This document shows positions 30,703 to 40,394 of a DNA stretch of 64,000 bases, piece by piece. A program made the translations under genes and the position numbers. The notes below the pieces were generated by a model. That model had not been told where the DNA came from. It saw only the letters and a program-made list of their open reading frames with translations, and searched no databases. How positions within the stretch are numbered: position 1 is the first letter of the stretch; each line of letters starts with the position of its first letter. Source of the DNA: Gammaproteobacteria bacterium (GTDB taxonomy: Bacteria; Pseudomonadota; Gammaproteobacteria; Thiohalomonadales; Thiohalomonadaceae); NCBI GenBank assembly GCA_024709225.1, contig JANJXC010000033.1, positions 1,648-65,647 on the forward strand. The letters are read 5' to 3'.

Positions 30703-30731
30703 GGCCGCCCGCCTCACGGCGGCGGGCGGCC
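30703..30731 (-). terminator. GC-rich hairpin after soxB (no clear U-tract)
   Basis: Perfect 11-bp stem GGCCGCCCGCC (30703-30713) / GGCGGGCGGCC (30721-30731), 10 nt downstream of the soxB stop. Confidence 0.35.
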
Positions 30732-30740
30732 AGACCGGGT

Positions 30741-32480
30741 TCAGGCAGAGTAACCGGCGATGCCGGGGTTGCCGGCGACGCCCTTCAGCTTCGGCGTGTT
30801 GAACTTCTTCACCTTGGCCACCTTCTGGTCGCGCAGATAGTCGGCCACCACGTCCCAGATGGGCCGGCCCGGCGACTGGGCGCCGACGGTGGCCCAGCCG
30901 GCCACCTTGTATTTTTTGCTGGCCTCGATGGCCTTGCCGTTGTCCAGGCGCATCTCGGTGACGCGGCTGCCCATCTTCGCCGTCGGGTCGCACACATAGT
31001 CGAGGCCGGACACGCGCACCATGTCGCCGCCCTGCTGGAAGTACGGGTCCTCATTGAACAGGTTGTCCAGCACGTCCTCCAGGATCAGCTTCACCTCGGC
31101 GCCGTCCATCTCGCGCACGTAGGTCTCCGGGTAGGTGGTGCAGGTCTGGTCCAGCACATGCTCCATGGTGATGTCCTGGCCCGGCAGCACGGTGGTGCCC
31201 CAGCGGAAGCCCGGCGACAGGGCGATCTGCGCATCCCCCACCACACGCTGGGCGTCGCAGATGATCTGGTCGAAGGTGCCGTTGAAGTTGCCGCGGCGGT
31301 AGAGCAACTCGCCGGCGGTGGCCAGCTTCTCGTTGAGCTGGCCCAGGTAGGGCTTGCGCACGTTGTCGATGTAGGCCTGCATCTCGGCGTCGGCCGGCAG
31401 CAGGCGGTAGCGGAAGTCCCGCACCTTGCCGCCGCGCACGTCCAGGTCCATCACGCCCAGGTACTTGCCGTTGGAGCCGGCGTTGGTGACCAGGGTCTGA
31501 CCGCCGCGGTTCTTGATGATGGACGGGGCCGGCATGCCGTCGTGGGTGTGGCCGCCGAGGATCACGTCGATGCCGGAAACCACCGAGGCCATCTTCAGGT
31601 CCACGTCCATGCCGTTGTGGGAAATGACCACCACCAGCTCGGCCTTCTCCTCGTTGCGCACCTTGTCCACCATCTCCTGCATCGCCTCGTCGCGGATGCC
31701 GAAGGTCCAGTTGGGGATGAAGCGCGAGGGATTGGCGATGGGGGTGTAGGGGAAGGCCTGGCCGATGATGGCCACCTTCACGCCACCCACATTGCGGATG
31801 GTATAGGGCTTGAAGGCGTGGCCGGTGTTCTCGTCGAAGGACGGGAAGCCGTCGAACAGCGCCTCCTCCTTCACCTTGATGTTCTGCGCCAGGAACTCGC
31901 CCTTGAACTCGCCCACGTTTTCCAGCACCTCGCGGTCCAGGTAGGTGAATTCCCAGTGGCCGGTCATGATGTCGACGCCGAGCTGGTTGCAGGCGCCGAC
32001 CATGTCCTTGCCGCGGGTCCAGTAGGCGGTGCCGGAACCCTGCCAGGTGTCACCGCCGTCCAGCAGCAGGGAATTGCCGGCGCCGCGCTCGGCGCGGATC
32101 TGCTTGACCAGGGTGGCGAGGTGGGCGAAGCCGCCGACCTTGCCGTATTTGCGCGCCTCGTCGGCGAAATTCAGATAGCTGAAGGCATGGGCCTCGATGG
32201 AGCCGGGCTTGATGCCGAAGTGGGCCAGCAGCTTGTCGCCCACCAGGTGCGGCGCCTTGCCGTAGGAGGCGCCCAGGCCGAGATTGACGTTGGGCTCGCG
32301 GAAGTAGATCGGCTGCAGCTGGGCGTGGGTGTCGGTGATGTGCAGCAGGCTGACATTGCCGAACTTGGGGCTGTCGTACAGGGCGGAGCCGCCCTTCTTG
32401 CCGAAGGCCAGGCCCGGGGCCATGGCGGCGGCACCGGCGATCCCCATCAACTGGATGAACTGACGACGTGAAATGGACAT
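30741..32480 (-). CDS. soxB: thiosulfohydrolase SoxB
   Basis: Tat signal MSISRRQFIQLMGIAGAAAMA. Metallophosphoesterase motif LLHITDTHAQLQPIYFREP and GGDTWQGS. GAGGAG precedes ATG 32480. Confidence 0.88.
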   Translation of the reverse strand: MSISRRQFIQLMGIAGAAAMAPGLAFGKKGGSALYDSPKFGNVSLLHITDTHAQLQPIYFREPNVNLGLGASYGKAPHLVGDKLLAHFGIKPGSIEAHAFSYLNFADEARKYGKVGGFAHLATLVKQIRAERGAGNSLLLDGGDTWQGSGTAYWTRGKDMVGACNQLGVDIMTGHWEFTYLDREVLENVGEFKGEFLAQNIKVKEEALFDGFPSFDENTGHAFKPYTIRNVGGVKVAIIGQAFPYTPIANPSRFIPNWTFGIRDEAMQEMVDKVRNEEKAELVVVISHNGMDVDLKMASVVSGIDVILGGHTHDGMPAPSIIKNRGGQTLVTNAGSNGKYLGVMDLDVRGGKVRDFRYRLLPADAEMQAYIDNVRKPYLGQLNEKLATAGELLYRRGNFNGTFDQIICDAQRVVGDAQIALSPGFRWGTTVLPGQDITMEHVLDQTCTTYPETYVREMDGAEVKLILEDVLDNLFNEDPYFQQGGDMVRVSGLDYVCDPTAKMGSRVTEMRLDNGKAIEASKKYKVAGWATVGAQSPGRPIWDVVADYLRDQKVAKVKKFNTPKLKGVAGNPGIAGYSA

Positions 32481-32658
32481 TGCAACTCCTCGGGACGTTA
32501 TTTGTTTCGTGACCGGCGGCAAACCAGCGTATGTGGCTAAAGTGTCGGCATGGCGGTGGATTATTCCATCGCTGTGGATAGTTGATAACTGTGCTTGGTG
32601 GACGGATCAAGCGGCAAATCCCATACTGTGGCTACGTCATCTCGCACGTGATACGCCT

Positions 32659-32868
32659 ATGAACAGTTACGACAACATCCGCCACGACCTCTCCGACGCC
32701 AGTTTCTCCGTCACCACCGCCATTGAATTGCTGCACGGCATCGCCCAGGACGGCGGCGCGGAGAACCAGGCACTGCACGACCTTATCGCCCGCCTGGAGC
32801 AGGTGTGCAACGAACTGGACGGCCTGAGCATGAAGGTCACCGAGGTCGAAAGCCAGATCCCGGCCTGA
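32659..32868 (+). CDS. small hypothetical protein (69 aa)
   Basis: Acidic, helical-looking sequence MNSYDNIRHDLSDASFSVTTAIELLHGIAQDGG... The upstream part of track ORF 32473.. overlaps the soxB start and is implausible. Confidence 0.4.
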   Translation: MNSYDNIRHDLSDASFSVTTAIELLHGIAQDGGAENQALHDLIARLEQVCNELDGLSMKVTEVESQIPA

Positions 32869-32978
32869 GCCGGCGCCTTTTCCCATCGTAACGCGCGAAT
32901 TTGTGAAGCATTCAGGTTAAACTTGCGGCCCCGGCCGGCCAGCCGCCGGCGGGTTGCTGCCGAGGACGCCGTACATCC

Positions 32979-34787
32979 ATGTTTGACCACACCATCACCG
33001 CCCTGGCCGGCCTTGCCCTCATTGCCGTCGCCTGCCAGTGGCTCGCCTGGCGCCTGCGCCTTCCCGTCATCCTGCTGCTGCTGGCCGCCGGCATCCTGGC
33101 CGGCCCATTCAGCGGCGTGCTGCAACCCGACGCCCTGTTCGGCGACCTGCTGCCGCCGCTGCTGTCCCTGGCGGTGGCCATCGTCCTGTTCGAGGGCAGT
33201 CTGAGCTTCCGCCTCAACGACCTCACCGGCCTGGGCGGTACCGTGTTCCGCCTGGTCAGCCTTGGCGCCCTGCTCAACGGCCTCATCATTGCCGCCGCCG
33301 CCCACCTGCTGCTCGGCCTGCCCTGGCTGCTGGCCGCCCTGTTCGGCGCCATCGCCCTGGTGAGCGGCAACAGCGAACTGCTCCCCCTGTTGCGCCGGGC
33401 CCGGCCGGGCGCCCGCCTCGGCACCCTGCTGCGCCAGGAGGCCGCCCTGCTGGCCCCCCTCGCCACCCTCATCGCCGTGCTGCTGCATGCCTGGCTGATG
33501 GCCGGCGATCAGCGCGACCCGCTGCTGGCCTTTGCCAGCGCCCTGCTGGCCGGCGGCGCCCTGGGCATTGCCGGCGCCTACCTGCTGGCCCTGCTGCTGC
33601 GCAATCATCTGCTGCCGCCACACCTGGTCAACATCACCACCCTGGCCCTGGTCGTGGGCAATTACACCCTGGCCAGCGTACTGGAGCAGGAGGCGGGGCT
33701 GCTTACCGTCATCGTGATGGGCATGGCCCTCGCCAACATGAAGGACCTGCCGCTGCGCGAGCATGTGGACTTCAAGGAAAGTCTCAGCGCGACCCTGCTC
33801 TCCCTGCTGTTCCTGGTGGTGGCAGCCCGGCTGGAGCCCGCCCAGTTGGCGCTGCCCAGCGGCGAAATCATGCTGCTGCTCGGTGTCACCCTGCTGGCGG
33901 CGCGACCGCTGGCGGTGCTGCTCGCCACGATTGGCTCCCCGCTCAACTGGCGCGAACGCCTGCTGGCCGGCTGGCTCGCCCCGCGCGGCATCATGGCCAC
34001 CGCCGCCGCCGCCCTGCTCACCGCCCAGCTGCTCGACGAGCAACTGACCGCCGCCGTGCCACTGCTGCCACTGGTCCTGCTGCTGGTGCTGGGCTCGCTG
34101 CTGCTGCAGCACCTTACCGCCTACCCGCTGGGGCGACTGCTCGGTGTGGCCGAGGCGGCGCCGCGAGGCATGCTGATCGTCGGCGCCCACGGCCTCGCCC
34201 GTGCCATTGCCCGCGCCCTGCACGCCCAGGGTGTGCGCGTCGTACTGGCCGATACCGACTGGGAAGACGTTCATCAGGCCCGCATGGACGGTCTTGCCAC
34301 CTATCTGGGGCACCCTGTCTCGGAACAGGCCGACCGCAGCCTCGACCTCATCGGCATCGGCCACCTGCTCGCCATGTCCCACCGTCCCCTGCTCAACGCC
34401 CTGGCCTGCCAGCGCTACAGCAGTGAATTCGGTGGCAATCAGGTCTATTCGCTGCTCACCGCCGAGGAAAAGCGTGCCACCGGCAAGAGTGCCATCGGCC
34501 GCCACTACGCCGCCACCCGTTTGTTCGGCGGCGAACTCACCCTGACCCAACTCACCGGGATGCTCAGCCGTGGCGGTCAGATCGCCACGCTCACCCCGGG
34601 TCAAGCAGCACAGCACGCGCGCCATATCCCGCTGTTCATCCTCGATGAGCACGGTGCGGTACAGGTGGTAACCGGCAGCAGCGCCGCCCCGCGCGAAGGT
34701 GAGCATCTCATCGCCCTGCTGCCCGCGGCAGAGGAGCCACTCCCGCTGCGCGTGGATTCCGCCGTCACCAGCGCGGTCCCCGCCTGA
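32979..34787 (+). CDS. cation:proton antiporter (CPA1/NhaP-like) with C-terminal RCK/TrkA-N-like domain
   Basis: LPVILLLLAAGILAGP...VAIVLFEGSL, a polytopic core, then a MLIVGAHGLARAIARALHAQGVRVVLADTD Rossmann-like segment. Confidence 0.85.
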   Translation: MFDHTITALAGLALIAVACQWLAWRLRLPVILLLLAAGILAGPFSGVLQPDALFGDLLPPLLSLAVAIVLFEGSLSFRLNDLTGLGGTVFRLVSLGALLNGLIIAAAAHLLLGLPWLLAALFGAIALVSGNSELLPLLRRARPGARLGTLLRQEAALLAPLATLIAVLLHAWLMAGDQRDPLLAFASALLAGGALGIAGAYLLALLLRNHLLPPHLVNITTLALVVGNYTLASVLEQEAGLLTVIVMGMALANMKDLPLREHVDFKESLSATLLSLLFLVVAARLEPAQLALPSGEIMLLLGVTLLAARPLAVLLATIGSPLNWRERLLAGWLAPRGIMATAAAALLTAQLLDEQLTAAVPLLPLVLLLVLGSLLLQHLTAYPLGRLLGVAEAAPRGMLIVGAHGLARAIARALHAQGVRVVLADTDWEDVHQARMDGLATYLGHPVSEQADRSLDLIGIGHLLAMSHRPLLNALACQRYSSEFGGNQVYSLLTAEEKRATGKSAIGRHYAATRLFGGELTLTQLTGMLSRGGQIATLTPGQAAQHARHIPLFILDEHGAVQVVTGSSAAPREGEHLIALLPAAEEPLPLRVDSAVTSAVPA

Positions 34788-34805
34788 TCGCCCAGGAACA
34801 CCGTC

Positions 34806-35066
34806 ATGCAATGCTTCATCTACAAAAGCAGCAAAAAAGACCAGCTCTATCTCTACCTGCCGCAGAAGGACGAGTTCAAGGACGTGCCGCCGGTTCTGAT
34901 GGACACCATGGGGCAGCCGGAATTCGTCATGGAGCTGGAACTGAGCCCCGAGCGCAAGCTGGCCCGCGCCAACGCCGCCGACGTGCTCGCCGGCCTGAAG
35001 GAAAAGGGCTTTTACCTGCAAATGCCACCGAAAGATCCGCTGCTGGACATGCGCGTTACCCCATAA
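34806..35066 (+). CDS. ycgL: YcgL domain-containing protein
   Basis: CFIYKSSKKDQLYLYLPQKDEFKDVPPVLMDTMGQPEFVMEL...GFYLQMPP parallels E. coli YcgL. Confidence 0.8.
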   Translation: MQCFIYKSSKKDQLYLYLPQKDEFKDVPPVLMDTMGQPEFVMELELSPERKLARANAADVLAGLKEKGFYLQMPPKDPLLDMRVTP

Positions 35067-35069
35067 ACA

Positions 35070-35153
35070 AGTTTTGAGTTGCGGGTTTCGGATCTCGATG
35101 CTCTGGACAGCGCCGCGTCGAAACTCGAAACTCGAAACTCGAAACTCGAAACT
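35070..35153. repeat. hairpin element with heptamer-word arms; right arm is (CGAAACT)x5 perfect tandem
   Basis: Right arm is five perfect CGAAACT copies at 35119-35153. Left arm is agttttg agttgcg ggtttcg gatctcg (35070-35097), degenerate reverse complements (AGTTTCG). Confidence 0.85.
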
Positions 35154-35182
35154 ACAACGACAATAAGCACCAGGGAGTCATC

Positions 35183-36424
35183 ATGCCGTTAATCCGCCCC
35201 CTCGCCGGTCTCTGCCCCGCCGCCAACCGCGCCGCCGAGGTGGCCGCGCCGCCCTACGACGTGCTCGACAGCAACGAGGCGCGTCAGCGCGCGGCAGGCA
35301 AACCGTGGAGCTTCCTGCACATCTCCAAGCCGGAGATCGACCTAGCGCCGGATACCGATCCCTATGACCCCAGCGTCTACGCCAAGGGCAAGGAAAACTT
35401 CGACCGCATGCTCAAGGAAGGCGTGCTGCAACAGGACCCGGCCCCCTACTACTACCTGTACCGCCTGATCATGGGCAGCCACCAGCAGGTCGGCCTGGTC
35501 GCCGCCGCCCGCGTCAGCGACTACGACAGCAACCGCATCCGCAAGCACGAATTCACCCGCCCGGACAAGGAAGACGACCGCGTGCGCCAGATCGACAGCC
35601 TGAGCGCGCAGACCGGCCCGGTGTTCCTCACCTACAAACACAGCGCGGTGATCGACGCGCTGGTGGCCCAGGCCATCAGCGCGACCCCGGACATGGACAT
35701 CACCGCCGACACCGGCGTGCGCCACACCCTCTGGCGCGTCACCGACGCGGCACAGATCGATCTCATCACGCGCACCTTCGACGCCATGGACTGCCTGTAC
35801 ATCGCCGACGGCCACCACCGCTCCGCCGCCGCCTCGCGCGTCGCCGCCGCCCGCCAGGCCGCCAACCCGCAGCACAGCGGCGAAGAGGCCTACAACTATT
35901 TCCTGTCGGTGATCTTCCCCGACAACCAGATGCAGATCCTCGACTACAACCGCGTCATCAAGGACCTCAACGGCCACACGCCGGACAGCTTCCTCGCCGC
36001 AGTGGGCCAGGCGTTCACGGTGGAAAAGACCGGCGGCCAGTGCAAGCCCGGCAAGGCGGGCGAGTTCGGCATGTACCTGCAGGGCCAGTGGTACCGCCTG
36101 ACCATCAAGGCGGAACTGATCCCGCAAAACGACCCGGTGAAGCGCCTCGATGTCAGCCTGCTGCAGGACAACCTCATCGCCCCGCTGCTCGGTATCAACG
36201 ACCCGCGCCGCGACAAGCGCATCGACTTCGTCGGCGGCATCCGCGGCCTCAGTGAGCTGGAACGCCGCGTCAACTCCGGCGAGATGGCCGTCGCCTTCGC
36301 CCTGCACGCCACCTCCATGGCCCAACTGATGGCCGTCGCCGATGCCGGCGAAGTCATGCCGCCCAAATCCACCTGGTTCGAGCCCAAGCTGGCCGACGGC
36401 CTGGTGTCGCATCTGCTGGACTGA
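35183..36424 (+). CDS. DUF1015 domain-containing protein
   Basis: MPLIRPLAGLCPAANRAAEVAAPPYDVLDSNEARQRAAGKPWSFLHISKPEIDL and IADGHHRSAAA resemble the DUF1015 family (recognised from memory). Confidence 0.75.
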   Translation: MPLIRPLAGLCPAANRAAEVAAPPYDVLDSNEARQRAAGKPWSFLHISKPEIDLAPDTDPYDPSVYAKGKENFDRMLKEGVLQQDPAPYYYLYRLIMGSHQQVGLVAAARVSDYDSNRIRKHEFTRPDKEDDRVRQIDSLSAQTGPVFLTYKHSAVIDALVAQAISATPDMDITADTGVRHTLWRVTDAAQIDLITRTFDAMDCLYIADGHHRSAAASRVAAARQAANPQHSGEEAYNYFLSVIFPDNQMQILDYNRVIKDLNGHTPDSFLAAVGQAFTVEKTGGQCKPGKAGEFGMYLQGQWYRLTIKAELIPQNDPVKRLDVSLLQDNLIAPLLGINDPRRDKRIDFVGGIRGLSELERRVNSGEMAVAFALHATSMAQLMAVADAGEVMPPKSTWFEPKLADGLVSHLLD

Positions 36425-36439
36425 CGCAGGCATAACCCA

Positions 36440-36605
36440 AAAACAAAAGCGTCAAACGCAAAGGGCGCGAAGAACGCAAAGTCTGCAAACGTTCTCCTAG
36501 TGGCAGTCCGGGGAAGCATTGTTCATCGCCCGCCTGGTTCGCCACGAACAAAAGAACATTTGAGTCACTTTGCGGCCCTCTGCGCCCTTTGCGTCTTTGC
36601 GTTGA
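36440..36605. repeat. large imperfect palindrome built from CGCAAAG / CTTTGCG words
   Basis: Left arm has tcaaacg, cgcaaag, cgcgaag, cgcaaag, tgcaaacg. Right arm has CTTTGCG-like words starting at 36568, 36578, 36587 and 36595. It lies between convergent genes. Confidence 0.7.
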
Positions 36606-36611
36606 AGGCTT

Positions 36612-37091
36612 TTATTCCTGGCGCCGCTGGCGCTGCTTGGCCTCTTCCAGTTCGCGCGCCAGTTCGCGGATGTCATCCGTGCTGCGAATCGTGAACTCGC
36701 GCTCGGGCAGCGGTACGTAGTCTGAAGTCCGCGTGGAAGGGGGTGGGGAGGGTGCCGCCGTGCGCACCGGCAGGGTTGCGGCGGAAGGCGTAACCGGCGG
36801 TATTGCCTCAGCGGGCAGCGGGGCCACGGGCAATGCCGGCTCCGGCATCACCGCCGGGGCAGCGGGGATGCGCCCCTCCGCCGCCCCCTCTCCCTGTTCC
36901 AGGCGGGCCGCCTCCAGCATGCGCCGCACACTGTCGGCCACATCAAGTTCCGGAACCACCACCCCCGCCTCCACTGCCGGCTCCTCGGCCAAAACGGCCG
37001 CGGCAGCCCACAGACCACAGCACAATCCTGCAACTTGCCCGATCTTTCTCACTGCTACCTCTTGGCCGGGATGGCTCGCCTGCCCTTCCAC
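36612..37091 (-). CDS. hypothetical Pro/Ala-rich protein with N-terminal hydrophobic anchor
   Basis: ORF track, 159 aa. Hydrophobic segment IGQVAGLCCGLWAAAAVLA. No recognisable family. Confidence 0.4.
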   Translation of the reverse strand: MEGQASHPGQEVAVRKIGQVAGLCCGLWAAAAVLAEEPAVEAGVVVPELDVADSVRRMLEAARLEQGEGAAEGRIPAAPAVMPEPALPVAPLPAEAIPPVTPSAATLPVRTAAPSPPPSTRTSDYVPLPEREFTIRSTDDIRELARELEEAKQRQRRQE

Positions 37092-37120
37092 TCCAGGGCT
37101 TTGGCGGCCACAATACGAAC

Positions 37121-37606
37121 ATGGACACGCAGTATAAAGCAGACTTGGAGCAGGTTCTTGGCCAGATGCAGCCGCGCAGCGTGCTGTGCCTGGGCGCCCC
37201 CTGTGCGTCCGCCGTACAGGAATATGTGGCCGCCGCGCCCGGTCGCCTCACCCAGCATGTTGCCGAGCCTCCGCAAACGCTGGAGCGCTACGATCTGGTC
37301 ATCGTGGCGGGCCTGCTGGAGCGGCTCGAAAAGAGCCGCGGTGAACAACTGCTGGCCTGGCTGCGCGACCTGCAGGGTGGCCGTTTTCTGGTCCTGGTGC
37401 CCATCGGGCCGCGGCCGCACCAGCTCAGCCAGTGGGAAGGCAATGAACTGCTGGCCCTCGGTCTGGTCCTGGCGGGCCGGTATCCCGGTGCCGAAGGCGA
37501 GTGCCACCTCTACCGCTACGACCTCAACAATTACAAAACCGTCCCCGACTGGTTCAATGCGCGCTTCTGGGCCCACCCCGAACGCTGGGACAAGGACTTC
37601 TGGTAG
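37121..37606 (+). CDS. hypothetical protein (161 aa)
   Basis: MDTQYKADLEQVLGQMQPRSVLCLGAPC... has host-like codon usage. The upstream part of track ORF 36803.. is Pro-rich antisense of the neighbour. Confidence 0.6.
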   Translation: MDTQYKADLEQVLGQMQPRSVLCLGAPCASAVQEYVAAAPGRLTQHVAEPPQTLERYDLVIVAGLLERLEKSRGEQLLAWLRDLQGGRFLVLVPIGPRPHQLSQWEGNELLALGLVLAGRYPGAEGECHLYRYDLNNYKTVPDWFNARFWAHPERWDKDFW

Positions 37607-37677
37607 CATCCCGCGGGCTGTAAAAAACAGCGCCATCGCGTACAGTGTTCAGACCCTGGACGAAACCACATGAGCCG

Positions 37678-38418
37678 ATGCCACGTTCTCTACTGCTGAT
37701 CACCCTGCTGATTGCATCCTGGGCGGCTCATGCCGCCTGCGGCGACGCGCCGGCCCCGGGAGTGATCTGGCGCGACTGCGACAAAAGCGGCATGGATCTG
37801 CGCGGCGCTGACCTGCGGGGCGCGATCCTCACCCGCAGCAAATTTGTCGGCGCCGATCTGCGTGAGGCACGGCTGGATCGCGCCGACCTCAACTTCGCCG
37901 ATCTGAGCAATGCCCGTCTGGATCTGGCCCACCTCCCCGGCGCCCGCCTCACCGGCGCCAACCTGCGGCAGGCCAACCTCAGCGGCGCCCTGCTGCGCGG
38001 TGCCCGCTTCGATCGTGCCGAGTTGAACGACGCCACGCTGACTGGCGCCCAACTGGCCGGCGCCAGCTTCTATCAGGCCGTACTCAACAACGCCGACCTG
38101 AGTGGCGCCGATCTCGGCGGTGCCGAACTGCGCCAGACCGCACTGCAGCAGGCGAACCTGGAACGCGCCAACCTGGCGCGTGCCAATCTGCTCCAGGCCG
38201 ATCTGGAACGTGCCAACCTACGGGGCGCCCTCCTGCAGCAGGCCCGGCTGGAAAAGACCAATCTGCAATATGCCGATCTGCGCGGGACCGACCTGACCCG
38301 TGCCTCGCTGGTGGACGCCCGCGTGTTCGACACCCGCTTCGACGGCGCCAAACTGGGCGGCGCCATGTGGCTGGATCGCAGGCGCTGCCGCCTCGACGCC
38401 GTCGATATCTGTAACTAG
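37678..38418 (+). CDS. secreted pentapeptide-repeat protein
   Basis: Signal peptide MPRSLLLITLLIASWAAHAA. Dozens of A(D/N)LxG/A pentapeptides (ADLRGADLRGAILTRSKFVGADLREARLDRADLNFADLSNARL...). Confidence 0.85.
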   Translation: MPRSLLLITLLIASWAAHAACGDAPAPGVIWRDCDKSGMDLRGADLRGAILTRSKFVGADLREARLDRADLNFADLSNARLDLAHLPGARLTGANLRQANLSGALLRGARFDRAELNDATLTGAQLAGASFYQAVLNNADLSGADLGGAELRQTALQQANLERANLARANLLQADLERANLRGALLQQARLEKTNLQYADLRGTDLTRASLVDARVFDTRFDGAKLGGAMWLDRRRCRLDAVDICN

Positions 38419-38504
38419 TCCCGGCCACGTCCGTGCAGCGGACATTTGCAGAACAGCCGCACAAATTGACGCGATTCGTTGGCAATCCTACGCGCCACTA
38501 AGGT

Positions 38505-40394
38505 ATGTTGGACAAACTCCGCACGCCACCGACCTGCGTTGAAAATATGCCAGCCGACACAACAAAGAATATTTCCCGTTTTTTTGATATCCAGATCGCG
38601 CCGGAACACGCCAGCGCCACTCCCCTGCAGGAGGCACTGGTAACCTTCAGAACGCTGTGCGTCCTCGGTGTTGTCGCTGCCATAGCCGCCTGGTTCATCA
38701 TCGGCAGCGAGGCCGTCTTTCTCAGGCCGGCCAATATCTCGATATATTTTACTGCTACCCAGGATGTGGTCTGGCTGCTGCTCTGTGCCCTTGCCCTTCC
38801 TCTGTTCGTCCTGGCCGCGCAATCCCCGCGACTGCAGCCTTACCTGGATCGGCTGGCCGAGCATGCCGCCACCCTGCGCCGACCGGTTCTCACCCTGGCG
38901 CTGGCCACACTGCTGCTGACCGCCGTAGGCAGCTACCTTGTCTACCACGCCTTTCCGCTCTCGCTGGATGAGTACATGGCCTGGTTTCAGGCGCGCATCA
39001 TTCAGGGCGGCCATTTGCTGGCACCCATCCCGGCGGAGTGGGATGCCTTCGTCGAGGCCCTGCAACCGATCTTCATGCGTCACGACCACGCCCATGGCGT
39101 GTGGGTGCCGGGCTATCGCCCGCTTGGCGGCGCACTTATTGCGCTGTTTGATCTTGTCGGCGCCGGTACCATCACCTATGCCTTCCTGGCCGCGGGCAGC
39201 ATCGTCCTCGTAGCACTGATCGCACGCAGAATCTGGCCCGATGTTCCTTACGCCCCCGCCCTCGCCGCGCTGCTGCTGATGCTGTCACCCCAGTTCCTGG
39301 TGACCGGCATGTCGGCCTATGCAATGACCGGCCACCTGTTTTTCAACCTGCTCTGGCTGGTGTTGTTCCTGCGTGACGACAAACCCGGCCATATCGGCGC
39401 CGCCCTGACCGGCTTTGTCGCCATCGGTCTCCACCAGATTCACATCCATCCATTTTTCATTCTTCCCTTCATGCTGGCACTGCTGCCGCAGCGTCGCCTG
39501 GGGCTGCTCCTGTTCTATACCACCTGGTATGGCGCAGTGCTGCTGTTCTGGCTGCTATGGCGTGACATCGCCACAGCCTTTGACGGCGCCGTCGCCAGCA
39601 TTGCCGCCACCAAATCGACCGAAGGCACCTTCTTCCTCGGCCGCGCTCTCGCCCTGCTACGGAATCACAACCTGCTCGACGATGGCCTGTTCTGGGGCAC
39701 CAATTTCGCGCGCTTCATCGCCTGGCAAACACCGGCAATGATCGTGGGGGTTTACCTTGGCCTGCGCGCGCTCGCCAGTGCTCCACAAACGATCCGCCTG
39801 CTTGCCTGGGGCCTGCTGGCAACGCTGCTACCCTATATATTTTTCATGCCGGGCCAGGGGCACGGCTGGGGCTACCGCTATATCCACGTCGGCCTCGGCT
39901 CGCTGGCGCTCATTGCAGTGCACGGATTTATCATGCTGCGCGCCCAGTGTGACAACGCAGCGGCGCAACTACTCAAGCGCAGCGTGGTCGGGCTACTGGT
40001 GTTGGGTGCCGTCCTTGGGATACCGCTGCGCTTCGCCCAGGTGGAAAACTTCATCCGACCCTTTGCCCAGGCCAGCGACTATATTTCCCACCTACCGGCG
40101 CAGGCCGTCATCGTCAGCGCCGAAGACACCTGGTTTGGGGTCGATCTGGTACGTAACGACCCCTACCTGACCAATACGCCCAAGGTGTTGGCCAGCATCG
40201 CCCTGGGACCGGACGAAATGACCACGCTTTGCAGCCGCTATGAACCGAGCCTGATCCTCTATGATGATCTGGCCAGATTCGGCATGCGTCCCTACTATGA
40301 CACCCCTGAACAACGGAGCGTGCGTCGGCAGCCCTTGCTCCAGCATATGGAGCGCTCCGGTTGCACCCTTGCCGCCAGGTCTTCGCCGTCATGA
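38505..40394 (+). CDS. polytopic membrane protein, possible GT-C-type (ArnT/PMT-like) glycosyltransferase
   Basis: 629 aa with at least 10 hydrophobic segments. An early loop motif LSLDEY resembles the acidic loop of GT-C enzymes (weak). Its stop overlaps the GT2 start (ATGA). Start codon uncertain (38505 or 38547). Confidence 0.65.
   Translation: MLDKLRTPPTCVENMPADTTKNISRFFDIQIAPEHASATPLQEALVTFRTLCVLGVVAAIAAWFIIGSEAVFLRPANISIYFTATQDVVWLLLCALALPLFVLAAQSPRLQPYLDRLAEHAATLRRPVLTLALATLLLTAVGSYLVYHAFPLSLDEYMAWFQARIIQGGHLLAPIPAEWDAFVEALQPIFMRHDHAHGVWVPGYRPLGGALIALFDLVGAGTITYAFLAAGSIVLVALIARRIWPDVPYAPALAALLLMLSPQFLVTGMSAYAMTGHLFFNLLWLVLFLRDDKPGHIGAALTGFVAIGLHQIHIHPFFILPFMLALLPQRRLGLLLFYTTWYGAVLLFWLLWRDIATAFDGAVASIAATKSTEGTFFLGRALALLRNHNLLDDGLFWGTNFARFIAWQTPAMIVGVYLGLRALASAPQTIRLLAWGLLATLLPYIFFMPGQGHGWGYRYIHVGLGSLALIAVHGFIMLRAQCDNAAAQLLKRSVVGLLVLGAVLGIPLRFAQVENFIRPFAQASDYISHLPAQAVIVSAEDTWFGVDLVRNDPYLTNTPKVLASIALGPDEMTTLCSRYEPSLILYDDLARFGMRPYYDTPEQRSVRRQPLLQHMERSGCTLAARSSPS

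Noticed and set aside
32667-35021. 784-aa minus-strand ORF, plus 33038..34426 (+)
   Set aside because: These are antisense to or frame-shifted relative to the CPA1 antiporter and ycgL. Gly/Gln/Ala low complexity.
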